Positions 9,258 to 18,706 of a stretch of 60,739 nt of DNA are shown here, piece by piece (the first letter of the stretch is position 1; the number at the start of each line of letters is the position of its first letter). The stretch lies in assembly GCA_963766075.1 (NCBI GenBank), contig CAVYAN010000045.1:1-60739 (forward strand). The letters are read 5' to 3'. The notes beneath the pieces were generated by a model. The model was given only the letters and a program-made list of their open reading frames with translations, ran no database searches and had not been told where the DNA came from. Both the position numbers and the translations under genes were made by a program. Source of the DNA: an uncultured cyanobacterium. GTDB lineage: Bacteria > Cyanobacteriota > Cyanobacteriia > Leptolyngbyales > Leptolyngbyaceae.

Positions 9258-11033
9258 ATGAAGATGCTGTCTCGGTGGCGATATGGGTTAGTAGCAGGAT
9301 TAGCGCTCGTAGTGGCGATCGCCCTTGCTGCCTGTGATCCAATGAACTTCCGTACCGCCGCTGCCCAAGTATCTCAAATCGTGGCCCGCTGTGCCTCTTC
9401 ACCCAAAACTTTTAACTACGCCTTTCTCTCGTCCTATCCCAATATCTTTGGGTTTACCTTTGAGGGGCTACTCGACGAATCCAAAACCGGAGAGCTCCGT
9501 CCCGCCCTGGCGGAGTCCTGGAAAATTTCGGACGATAAATTACATATTCTCTTTACCCTGCGGCAAGGATTGCAATGGTCCGATGGTCACCCCCTAACGG
9601 CTAAAGACGTGCTCTTTAGCTTCAAGGATGTCTATCTGAATGAAAAAATTCCTACCGATCTGCGCGACTCCCTCAAGATTGGGCAAAGCGGTGCCTTGCC
9701 GAAAGTTCAGGCGTTAAACGATCGCCAAATTGAATTTACATTGCCGGAACCCTTTGCCCCTTCCCTGCGGGCGATCGGCGGTTCTGCGATTTTACCTGCC
9801 CATGTGCTGCGGCCCACTGTTTTTGAAAATGATAAAGACGGTAAACCAAAATTTATTTCCACCTGGGGGACCGATACCGATCCCAGTCAAATCATCGTCA
9901 ATGGCCCCTATCGCCTTGTGAGTTATGTGCCTAGCCAGCGCCTTGTCTTTGAGCGTAATCCCCACTACTGGCGCAAAGATGTGCGGGGGAAACAACTGCC
10001 TTACATCGATCGCATCGTTTGGCAAATCATTGAATCCTCTGATACCGCCTTGCTGCAATTTCGCTCGCGGGGCCTTGACATGTTGACAATTGGTCCTAGC
10101 AGTTTTTCATTGCTAAAACGTCAAGAAAAATCCGGTAACTACACCATCCATGAAGCTGGTCCAGACTCTGGCACAACCTTTATTGGCTTCAATCTCAATC
10201 AGGGGCAGCGCAATGGCCAACCGCTGGTTGATCCGATCAAGTCTCGCTGGTTCAATACCAAGGAATTTCGGCAGGCGATCGCCTACGCCATTGATCGCCA
10301 AACCATGATCAACAATATTTATCGAGGCCTCGGCAAACCCCAAAACTCCCCAATTTCAGTCCAAAGTCCTTACTATCGTTCGCCCGAAGCCGGGTTAAAG
10401 ACCTACGACTACAATCCTGAAAAAGCTAAACAGCTCCTGAAATCCGCAGGGTTTAAATATAATCCCCAAGGGCAACTTCTGGATGCGGACGGTCATCGCG
10501 TTCGATTTACCCTATCAGCTAATTCCGGCAGTCGTTTGTTTGAAGCCGTGCTATCTCAGATCAAGCAAAATTTGGGCAGCATTGGCATCCAGCTCGACTT
10601 GCAGTTGATTGATTTCAGCATCTTGGTCGATAAGCTCTCGAACAGCCTGGATTTAGAAATGTATGCCCTGGGTTTTAGCGGTGGCGTTGAGCCCAACGGG
10701 GCTTCTAATTTGTGGATGCCAGAAGGCGGCTCTCATATGTTTAACCAAAAACCCCAAAAGGAACAACCTCCTATCTCAGGGCAGAAAGTCGCCGATTGGG
10801 AAGCCAAAATTGGTCAACTGTTCATTGAAGCGGCGAAGGAACTCGATGAGACCAAACGCAAAGCACTGTATTGGGAAATGCAGCAAATCGTCCAAGAGCA
10901 AGTGCCGCTGATTCATCTTGTTAATCCCCTAGTGATGGCCGCTGTTCGCAATCGTGTCCAAGACGTACAACTTTCTCCCCTGTTTTATGAGAACTCATTA
11001 TGGAATGTGTACGAATTAAAGACTACCGACTGA
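9258..11033 (+). CDS. peptide/nickel ABC transporter substrate-binding lipoprotein (SBP family 5)
   Basis: Lipobox LAAC, PALAESW, WSDGHPLTAKDV, NGPY, FRQAIAYAIDR. Confidence 0.9.
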   Translation: MKMLSRWRYGLVAGLALVVAIALAACDPMNFRTAAAQVSQIVARCASSPKTFNYAFLSSYPNIFGFTFEGLLDESKTGELRPALAESWKISDDKLHILFTLRQGLQWSDGHPLTAKDVLFSFKDVYLNEKIPTDLRDSLKIGQSGALPKVQALNDRQIEFTLPEPFAPSLRAIGGSAILPAHVLRPTVFENDKDGKPKFISTWGTDTDPSQIIVNGPYRLVSYVPSQRLVFERNPHYWRKDVRGKQLPYIDRIVWQIIESSDTALLQFRSRGLDMLTIGPSSFSLLKRQEKSGNYTIHEAGPDSGTTFIGFNLNQGQRNGQPLVDPIKSRWFNTKEFRQAIAYAIDRQTMINNIYRGLGKPQNSPISVQSPYYRSPEAGLKTYDYNPEKAKQLLKSAGFKYNPQGQLLDADGHRVRFTLSANSGSRLFEAVLSQIKQNLGSIGIQLDLQLIDFSILVDKLSNSLDLEMYALGFSGGVEPNGASNLWMPEGGSHMFNQKPQKEQPPISGQKVADWEAKIGQLFIEAAKELDETKRKALYWEMQQIVQEQVPLIHLVNPLVMAAVRNRVQDVQLSPLFYENSLWNVYELKTTD

Positions 11034-11061
11034 TGCTTTAATACAGGGCGCTCATGGGTGC

Positions 11062-11289
11062 TTATTCGGAGATTTGCTCTAGGCGCTCCGCTAACCACAC
11101 TTTAATAATCGCTTGCCGTGTCACGCCAATTCGCTATGCTTCTTGATTCACGGCCGCAATCATCCAAACTGGCAAGTCTACGTTGACACGCTTTTGCTCC
11201 TGGCCGGGACCACGGGTGCGGGACAGGTCCAGCGCTGCTGTGATGTCTCCTCCGTGATCGAACTGGCTATCAAACTCTTCGGCTTGCAT
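11062..11289 (-). pseudogene. BrnA/CopG-type antitoxin pseudogene
   Basis: MQAEEFDSQFDHGGDITAALDLS...KRVNVDLPVWMI...QEA*RIGVTRQAII, then after a frameshift KVWLAERLEQISE*. Confidence 0.75.
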
Positions 11290-11352
11290 AAATTTCAATC
11301 TCTTCTCGGCGTGAGCAGCGGGCGGAGATGGTGCTGACATTAATAGTTTGAA

Positions 11353-12342
11353 TTAGCGGCATAGCTCGCACAATTCAATCACTTTGGTTTGCAGTGTGGC
11401 CAACTCATCGGCGGATCCGGCCCCCTTCAAGCTCGATTCTAAGTCCAGCAGCAACGGCAAGGTTTGCAGTAGGCAGTCTAAATCTAAGGCTCTTACCTCC
11501 TGTTGTAGGAAGTAAACTCGCTTGGGGTTTGCCACTTCCGCAGCCTGGGCGATCGCCCCTTCCCCCCGTTCTCCCGCCGCCACCATTAGCTTCACCCAAA
11601 CCCAGGTCCGAAACTGGCCCACCAGGGTTTTGGTAATTGCCAAGGGATGCTCGTTGCGCCGCAGCAAATCCGCCACCAAATCCAGTGCCTCCCCCGTTTT
11701 TCCCTGGCGAATCGCCGCCGCCAACTGCAAAGCACTTTGGGTGCTGGCCGTGACCAAGCTGGCGATCGCCCTTTCATCTAAGGCCCGTTGGCCCTCTCCC
11801 CCGTAGAGCTTCAACTTTTCCAGCTCACTATAAAGCTGTCGCGTATTATTCCCCACCGCCTCGGCCAACAGGTCCACCGCTCCCGATGTCAGCTTGACTC
11901 CCATCTCCTGGGCCACCAGACGCACCTGCTTCACCAGCAGATCGCCCTTCCAGGGTGGAATGAGTGAAAATTCCCGAATCTCGGCATGCTTTTGCAGCAG
12001 TTTGGTCGATTTCAAACGGCCATCGGGCTTGTTCCGACTGGTCAGCAACAGCACACAGGTGTCTGGCACCACGGGCAACGTCCGTTCTAATTCCATCAAC
12101 AGATCCTCCCCACAGCGCTGGGTCAGGGTAGTTTCCACCAGCCACACCAGCCGCCGCCCCAGGCCAAAAGGTGGCGTCATCACTTGGTTCAGTGCCTGCA
12201 TCACGGCATCGGCAGCCTCCGGACCAATCTTGTCATAGTTGAAACTCTCCCAATCCGGGTCCAGCACCTGCTGCCGCAGGGCATTCACCGCCTGGGCGAT
12301 CGCAAAGTCATCCTCCCCCCAAAACACATAAATCGCCGCCAT
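11353..12342 (-). CDS. holA: DNA polymerase III delta subunit
   Basis: IYVFWGEDDF, TPPFGLGRRLVW, KPDGRLKSTK, GNNTRQLYSELEKL. Confidence 0.93.
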   Translation of the reverse strand: MAAIYVFWGEDDFAIAQAVNALRQQVLDPDWESFNYDKIGPEAADAVMQALNQVMTPPFGLGRRLVWLVETTLTQRCGEDLLMELERTLPVVPDTCVLLLTSRNKPDGRLKSTKLLQKHAEIREFSLIPPWKGDLLVKQVRLVAQEMGVKLTSGAVDLLAEAVGNNTRQLYSELEKLKLYGGEGQRALDERAIASLVTASTQSALQLAAAIRQGKTGEALDLVADLLRRNEHPLAITKTLVGQFRTWVWVKLMVAAGERGEGAIAQAAEVANPKRVYFLQQEVRALDLDCLLQTLPLLLDLESSLKGAGSADELATLQTKVIELCELCR

Positions 12343-12461
12343 ATCCCCTCTCGATCCAGTGGTCCACCATTCCCCATCCCTTTCCAGGAATTCGGTTCCA
12401 TTCTCCAATCAATCTGTCACACTGTTATGAGGATATTTTAAAGACGGCGAGGAGCGCGAAC

Positions 12462-13244
12462 TTGGACGAAAACTATAACACCTATCTTAATCGGGCAGTC
12501 CGTCTCACCCTACCGGAAACCTATCGGTCCCAGGTGACTCACCTGCAGCGATCGCCCAAGTTTCATTTTGATGGGACTCATCTCCAGCCCGTCCCCTTTC
12601 CCGGCTACTCCGTCATCACCCCCCCCGGCCACCAAGATCCTGTCAACGCCGCCCTCTACGATCGCCTGCAACAGCTCCAAACCCATCTGGTCGAACAGCT
12701 TGGGCCACAGTGCTTTGCCGCCGTCCCCCCGGAAACCTTCCATCTCACCCTGGCCGATCTAATCTGGGACAGCAACTATCGCCACGCCTGTGAGGCCAAT
12801 CCTGACTTTGATCCCAAACTGCAAAGCTGTCTAGCCCAAACCTTTCAGCAGTCTCCGGTGGCAATATCCACACACTCCCTGAAGTTCCAAGTCGTCGGCG
12901 TCATGGTCATGACTCGGGCGATCGCTGCCTGCCTGATCCCCACGGCGGAGTCCTTCTACGACATCATCCTGCAATTTCGGCGCGCGATCTATCAAAACCC
13001 CGATCTCATCCGTCTGGGCGTCGAGCAACAATACTACTTCACCCCCCACGTTACCCTCGGTTACTTTGGCGAACTGCCCCCCACCGATGCCCGCGCCCCC
13101 GTAGGGGATATCCTCATCCATCTCAACCAGCAGTGGCTTGACCAACCCGCCCAAGAATTTGTCGTCCATCGTGCTGAACTCCATAAATTTGAAAGTATGA
13201 CGGAATACCATCGGCACCCAGACTGGGCCAGCCTGGAGTTTTAG
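12462..13244 (+). CDS. DUF1868 / 2H-phosphoesterase family protein
   Basis: Two HxT motifs (FHLTLADL, PHVTLGYF); PFPGYSVITPP. Confidence 0.8.
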   Translation: MDENYNTYLNRAVRLTLPETYRSQVTHLQRSPKFHFDGTHLQPVPFPGYSVITPPGHQDPVNAALYDRLQQLQTHLVEQLGPQCFAAVPPETFHLTLADLIWDSNYRHACEANPDFDPKLQSCLAQTFQQSPVAISTHSLKFQVVGVMVMTRAIAACLIPTAESFYDIILQFRRAIYQNPDLIRLGVEQQYYFTPHVTLGYFGELPPTDARAPVGDILIHLNQQWLDQPAQEFVVHRAELHKFESMTEYHRHPDWASLEF

Positions 13245-13329
13245 CGAGTAGACGCCGGGATGGAATCCTGTCTAAGACAAGTAATGCCACCCTGTAGAAA
13301 TATAGACAGGAGACAACCGCCGTTAGCAT

Positions 13330-13376
13330 GTTTTGGCTCGGGTACGTTTTGGCTCGGGTACGTTTTGATTCGGTAC
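13330..13376. repeat. 16-bp tandem repeat GTTTTGGCTCGGGTAC x2 plus a degenerate third copy
   Basis: Seen directly. Confidence 0.75.
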
Positions 13377-13659
13377 AGCTTGGTCCAGCACTCATAGAAT
13401 TGGCTTGAGTCGGTGGGCAATCGCAGTTCGATGCAGCGGCTTTGCGCTCACAAGGACCCAACCTGCGGTGGTGATTTTGTCCTCGGAAATTTTATATTCA
13501 GAATATTCGGAATTGTCCTAGCAACACGATCCGTGATAGAAACGCGAGCATTGGGAAGCACCTTTGTGACAGTTTTTCGTAGATAGTGCCAGTTTCTTGG
13601 AACTTATCCCCTTAAAATACTTCAAGTTAAATGAAACCTTTACTGTGCTAGTTTGACTG

Positions 13660-14220
13660 GTGTCACATACCGTTATGATGGCTTCTCTCACCCCAAAGCT
13701 GCTTTTTAAGATCGCCTGCTTGCGCCTTGATGTTACAGGGCACGCTTCAACGCATCCCAACTTGGACTCTAATCCCCCTTCACTCCCCTCTCGATTGCTG
13801 TCTCGGCTGCTTCTGACCGGTCTATTAGCCAGTGTGGGTGTTCTCGGCGGAGTGGTGCCCCAAATGTCTTGGCGATCGCCCGTCTGGGAAGTCAGCCTGA
13901 CCAGCACCGTCCGTGCCCAAAGCGATGACCTCATCACTCGTTATGCCCGCGCTGCCTACGAAATGGAGCAATTCCGCCGTCGGGACTACGCAGAAGTTAA
14001 GCGCATCATGGGCGGCATTGTTCCCGAGGAAATTTGCGATCGCGGCAACATTTCTTCCCAGGTCCAAGCCATCTGTGGTCGGTTCTCTGATCGCTTTGAC
14101 CCCATTTTGCGAAAATACGGATTAACCCGCGCTGACTTCAACAGCGTGCATCGTCGTGCCAACGATCCGGCCATTCAGCAACGGATTCAGCAAGAACTGA
14201 TCCGCATCCAAAGCCGCTAG
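13660..14220 (+). CDS. DUF4168-like exported protein (start uncertain)
   Basis: Hydrophobic N-region, YARAAYEME, two Cys, YGLTRADFN...DPAIQQRIQQEL. Confidence 0.65.
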   Translation: MSHTVMMASLTPKLLFKIACLRLDVTGHASTHPNLDSNPPSLPSRLLSRLLLTGLLASVGVLGGVVPQMSWRSPVWEVSLTSTVRAQSDDLITRYARAAYEMEQFRRRDYAEVKRIMGGIVPEEICDRGNISSQVQAICGRFSDRFDPILRKYGLTRADFNSVHRRANDPAIQQRIQQELIRIQSR

Positions 14221-14279
14221 ACGTGCTCACTGCATCGCCCTCCTCCACATATATTGCATATTCTCTGCGCAGATGCGAC

Positions 14280-15680
14280 CTAGACTGAGCCGTTCGGCGC
14301 AGAGGTCTGCTGATGCTTTGCGCCCCGGTCCGGTTTCACCACCTGACGGGCTCGCGCGATCGCTAAACAGTTATCCGGCAGGTCTTCCGTAATTGTGGAA
14401 CCCGCCCCAATCACCACATCCTCGCCTACTGTCAACGGAGCCACTAGAGCATTGTGAACGCCGGTCTTGCTGCGATCGCCAATCACCGTTGGATGCTTTT
14501 GCACTCCGTCATAATTGGCCGTAATCGTCCCACCGCCGATATTCACATGACTGCCCAAGGTCGCATCCCCCAAATAGGATAAGTGCGCGATCTTAGTCTC
14601 GTCGCCCAACGTTGTCTTCTTCAGCTCAACAAAGTTCCCCAAACGGCAATCCCGCCCAACTTCCGCGTGTCCCCGCAGATGGGCAAAGGGACCAATTTCC
14701 GTGCCATCAGCCACCGTACTATCCCGCAGCACCGAATATAAAACCGTCACCTCCTGCCCAATCTGGCTATTCTCAATCAAGCTTCCCGGCCCAATGCGAC
14801 TACCTGCGCCGATCGCCGTCTTGCCGCGCAGATGGGTTTGAGGCTGCACGATAACGTCCGCTTCCAGCTGTACCGTGTCGTCAATCGTAATGCTATCAGG
14901 ATCAATTAATGTCACCCCAGCCATCATCCAGCGGTCTTTAATCCGAGTTTGCAAAATGTCGTAGGCTGCCGCAAGCTGCTTGCGATCGTTAATCCCCAAA
15001 ATCTCCTGGAAATCCGGCACATCCACGGCCATCACCGGTGCCATAAATTTCACAACATCCGTCAGATAGTATTCCTTTTGGTCATTTTCGGCAGTTAATT
15101 GGGGTAGTACCCTTTCGAGATCAGCCCAACGAAAACAGTACACCCCCGCATTAATCCGACAATTCTGCTTCTGCTCCGCAGTACAGTCTCGATCCTCCAC
15201 AATCTGCTGCACCACATCTTCACCATTACAAAACACCCGCCCATAGCCCGCCGGGTTGGGTAACTGCGCTGTCAAAATCGTGGCAGCATTTTGACACTCT
15301 CGATGGGTATTGAGCAAATGGGCCAAGGTCGTAGCCCGCAGCAGCGGCACATCCCCGTTCAGCACTAGCACATCCCCTTCAAACCCTTGCAAATGTGGAA
15401 TAATTTGCTGCACGGCATGGCCCGTACCCAACTGTTGCGGCTGTTCCACAAATTCCAAGTCCGGCCGCCCAGCGTGAGGATCGTGGATCGCTGCCAGCGC
15501 CGACTGAACTAGATGCCCTTGATATCCCACAATCACCAAACGCCGCGTCACATCCAAATTGGCAACGCTGGCCAGCACCCACTCCACCAAAGATTTACCA
15601 CCCAAGGAATGCAGGACCTTAGGCAAGTCAGATTTCATGCGTGTCCCACGCCCTGCCGCCAAAATTGCTACCGCTACCAT
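14280..15680 (-). CDS. glmU: bifunctional UDP-GlcNAc pyrophosphorylase / acetyltransferase
   Basis: [31 protein letters not shown], hexapeptide repeats, ANYDGV. Confidence 0.97.
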   Translation of the reverse strand: MVAVAILAAGRGTRMKSDLPKVLHSLGGKSLVEWVLASVANLDVTRRLVIVGYQGHLVQSALAAIHDPHAGRPDLEFVEQPQQLGTGHAVQQIIPHLQGFEGDVLVLNGDVPLLRATTLAHLLNTHRECQNAATILTAQLPNPAGYGRVFCNGEDVVQQIVEDRDCTAEQKQNCRINAGVYCFRWADLERVLPQLTAENDQKEYYLTDVVKFMAPVMAVDVPDFQEILGINDRKQLAAAYDILQTRIKDRWMMAGVTLIDPDSITIDDTVQLEADVIVQPQTHLRGKTAIGAGSRIGPGSLIENSQIGQEVTVLYSVLRDSTVADGTEIGPFAHLRGHAEVGRDCRLGNFVELKKTTLGDETKIAHLSYLGDATLGSHVNIGGGTITANYDGVQKHPTVIGDRSKTGVHNALVAPLTVGEDVVIGAGSTITEDLPDNCLAIARARQVVKPDRGAKHQQTSAPNGSV

Positions 15681-15769
15681 GCTGTGCCTGTATCGTCATC
15701 AATTGCCCTCGGAGTATACCGTGCAGAGGCCCCCAAAGCTGTGAAAACGCAGTCAGATTCATCCCGGCT

Positions 15770-16792
15770 TTAAGCAGACTGTCTGAAAGGGGCCGTATGC
15801 GGAATTCGCTCAGATGGCAATATCGCTTGAGTTGCACGGATAAACGTTTGAAACAGTTTTACTAACTCAGGATTACGCCAGCCCCGGGTGGTTTCTTCCT
15901 CAATGATCGCCAGGGCCTCTTGCGGAGTAAACGCCTTCTTATAGGGACGCTCACTCGTTAACGCATCATAAATATCAATAATTTGAAACACCTGTGCCAG
16001 GTAAGGAATTTGATCGCCAACAAGTCCATCGGGATAGCCCGTGCCATTCCACCGCTCATGGTGGTGACGAATAATCGGGACAACGCCCTGCATGGTACGC
16101 AAGGGTTTGCAGATATTTTCACCAATCAAAACGTGTTGCTGCATAATCTGCCACTCTTCCGGCGTAAACTTGCCATCTTTGAGCAAAATGGCGTCAGGAA
16201 TCCCAACTTTGCCGATGTCATGCAGATAGCTGCCCCACATTAAATCGCGGATTTCTATCCGAGACAGGCCCAGGAATTCACCAAAACTTTGACCTTGTTG
16301 GAGAAGGCGCTCGCAATGATCACCCGTATTGGGATCGCGACTTTCAACAGTCCGGGCAATAGAGAATAGGACCTGTTCAGCGTGATCCAGATCTTCATTC
16401 AGGCGCTTTTGGCGAACCAGTGATTTGACTCGAGCAGACAACTCCAACTGGTCAAAGGGCTTGGTTAAAAAGTCATCGCCCCCGGCTTCAATCCCCTTGA
16501 GGCGAGCCCGACGATCATCTAGTGCCGTGACAAAGACAATCGGAATCATCCGAGTATGGTCATCCTGTTTGAGCCGCCGACACACTTCAAAGCCATCCAT
16601 TCCAGGCATCATCACATCCAACAAAATGAGATCAGGCTGAAGGAGCGTAACAGACTTGAGAGCTGATCCACCACTATCTGCCTCAAACACTTCGTACCCT
16701 TCCATGGAAAGCAGGGCTACGGCTGTCATTCGACTGGAGGGGTGATCATCAACAATAAGAACTCTGGGGCGGACAGGATCAAGACAGTTCAC
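15770..16792 (-). CDS. response regulator with HD-GYP c-di-GMP phosphodiesterase domain
   Basis: REC domain (VDD, LLDVMMP, KP) plus LHDIGK and HHHERWNGTGYP. Confidence 0.92.
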   Translation of the reverse strand: MNCLDPVRPRVLIVDDHPSSRMTAVALLSMEGYEVFEADSGGSALKSVTLLQPDLILLDVMMPGMDGFEVCRRLKQDDHTRMIPIVFVTALDDRRARLKGIEAGGDDFLTKPFDQLELSARVKSLVRQKRLNEDLDHAEQVLFSIARTVESRDPNTGDHCERLLQQGQSFGEFLGLSRIEIRDLMWGSYLHDIGKVGIPDAILLKDGKFTPEEWQIMQQHVLIGENICKPLRTMQGVVPIIRHHHERWNGTGYPDGLVGDQIPYLAQVFQIIDIYDALTSERPYKKAFTPQEALAIIEEETTRGWRNPELVKLFQTFIRATQAILPSERIPHTAPFRQSA

Positions 16793-17188
16793 TGGGAAAG
16801 ACCTTGGGCTAGAGATGGATTCAAAGGGCTGTCTCTAAAGACGCTAACTTTTAAGGACGCCAGTAAGGACGCCAGCTAAAGGCGTCGATGCCGATGTTCT
16901 ACAGCCTTGAAATAGCTTGAATATTGCAATATTAGTATGGTCAATAGAATAACAAGGGAAATCAGGCTTTTCACGGAGATCAGCAAAACATGGGCAGGCT
17001 GTAAACTCACCGCCAAAAAATTTCTTCCAATAAATATCAGTGGAAGGGGTGTAGATGAAAGCCTGGAGGCCCCTTGGGACTAGGCAATACAACTCTTAAA
17101 ACCGGCCCAAATCAGAGTTGGAATACCACGGTAGAGTTCTATAACCACACTGGAGAGCGGGACCGATCAAGGTTTTGTGCTCATCATA

Positions 17189-17221
17189 CAGCGGGAGTTC
17201 TCAGCGGGAGTTCTCAGCGGG
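17189..17221. repeat. 13-bp tandem repeat CAGCGGGAGTTCT x2.5
   Basis: Seen directly. Confidence 0.75.
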
Positions 17222-17822
17222 GAAAGACTGCTGAAAACTTAAGCTGAATTTAATGGATGACTCCCGCAAGAATTGGAGCCTCTAAGCTGTGAATTACTTT
17301 TGCAGGAGCAATTCTTGGCAGCAGTGCTGGGATTTAGAAGGGTCGATTATCCGTTAGCCTTTCTATCTATAGGGTCTGGGATATGATTTGGGGCAAAGTC
17401 GTGATTAAGACAATAACTCATCAGTTTAGCTGATAGCTATTGCCGGGGATTACGTCTTGCTGCCTTTAAAAGGAATCCGCAATTTTTCCCATGACTAAGC
17501 GGGGTGGCTTGATTCGTAGCGATAGGATTGACCTAAAATCTGTTGGGAACTGGTGTTTTGGGTCGAATTTTTCGGCTCGATGAGTCGAATTTTTCAGATC
17601 GATTTTATATTCTTGGTCCCGTGAGTTTGGCTAATAGTTGGATAGCATAAAGAAGTTGCGGCTATGGGCTTCAGTTTCCGGGGAATTCTGCGTTTTCTAT
17701 GAAGTGAAGTTTGCTTCTCGGTATAGTATGATTTCATAAGCTGATTTCAGCCTATGGGTAACGATTGTTGGATAATGGTTAGGCAAGGATAAGTTGCATA
17801 TTATTTCGGTGAGAGTGGGTTG

Positions 17823-18215
17823 ATGTCTAATAAAAAGAAGAAGAGTGAACCGCTGACGGGTGAGGCTCTCCTGCAAAAAGTCAAAGAGCTTGGCAATCGG
17901 AGCAAAGAGGAAAAAGCCCGGGATTGTGGCTACTCCACCGTGACCAAAGGGGGGGTAGAGCGGGTCAATATGATGAAGTTCTACAATGCCCTGATTGATG
18001 CCGATGGGCTAGAACTGGATGGGAAGGGAAGCAGCAATGGCCGTGGGGGCCGCAGCGCCAGCTATCGCATTAGTGTGCAGTCCAATGGCAATCTATTGAT
18101 TGGAGCGGCTTATACTAAGCAGATGGATCTTAGACCTGGGGATGAGTTTGAGATTTCATTGGGACGTAAGCATATCCGCTTGAAGCAGGTTGATCAAGAG
18201 GAAGAGGAAGAATAA
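17823..18215 (+). CDS. cyanobacterial AbrB-like transcriptional regulator (cyAbrB)
   Basis: LTGEALLQKVKEL, GRSASYRISVQSNGNLLIGAAYT, PGDEFEISLGRKHIRL. Confidence 0.93.
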   Translation: MSNKKKKSEPLTGEALLQKVKELGNRSKEEKARDCGYSTVTKGGVERVNMMKFYNALIDADGLELDGKGSSNGRGGRSASYRISVQSNGNLLIGAAYTKQMDLRPGDEFEISLGRKHIRLKQVDQEEEEE

Positions 18216-18262
18216 ATCAGCATTAATTACCATTCATTCCAATGCGGAGTAGGGTCAGCGTT

Positions 18263-18373
18263 ATGGAATCAACGGATTGGATGAGTGTCGTAGCTGGGGG
18301 CATGGCGATCGCCATTCTCGTCGGTGGCATGCTAATGATGTTCACGGGCATCTGGACTGCTCGGGGACGCTAG
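18263..18373 (+). CDS. 36-aa single-TM small protein
   Basis: MESTDWMSVVAGGMAIAILVGGMLMMFTGIWTARGR; purine-rich GGAGTAGGG upstream; lies between cyAbrB and petL. Confidence 0.6.
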   Translation: MESTDWMSVVAGGMAIAILVGGMLMMFTGIWTARGR

Positions 18374-18465
18374 GTGCTGCGCTGGCCAGCTTTCTCTTCG
18401 GGAGTTTGGCTGAAGAGGCCCCATTATTTTGTATAGTTCAGGTAGTAGTCTGAGGAAATCTTGTG

Positions 18466-18558
18466 ATGGGTATTGTGAGTTATTTCTTGATTCTGGGCGG
18501 TGCTTTTGGGACCGCGATCGGTCTATTTTTTGTCCTGCGTGGCGTTAAACTGATCTGA
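18466..18558 (+). CDS. petL: cytochrome b6f subunit PetL
   Basis: 30 aa MGIVSYFLILGGAFGTAIGLFFVLRGVKLI with the PetL-type LRxxKLI end; GAGG ribosome binding site. Confidence 0.85.
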   Translation: MGIVSYFLILGGAFGTAIGLFFVLRGVKLI

Positions 18559-18639
18559 AGCAGGTGCCCTGGGGCATAAACTTGGGGCGGGCATAACCCG
18601 ACCGAGCATTACGGTTGGCTCGTGCTGGATATTAAAATT

Positions 18640-18688
18640 AAACGAGAGGCCAAGTTGAACATCCGTTTAATCTGGCCTCTCGTTTTTT
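18640..18688 (+). terminator. intrinsic terminator (possibly bidirectional)
   Basis: AAACGAGAGGCCA...TGGCCTCTCGTTTTTT. Confidence 0.75.
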
Positions 18689-18706
18689 AGAGTTCTCGGG
18701 GGTGGA

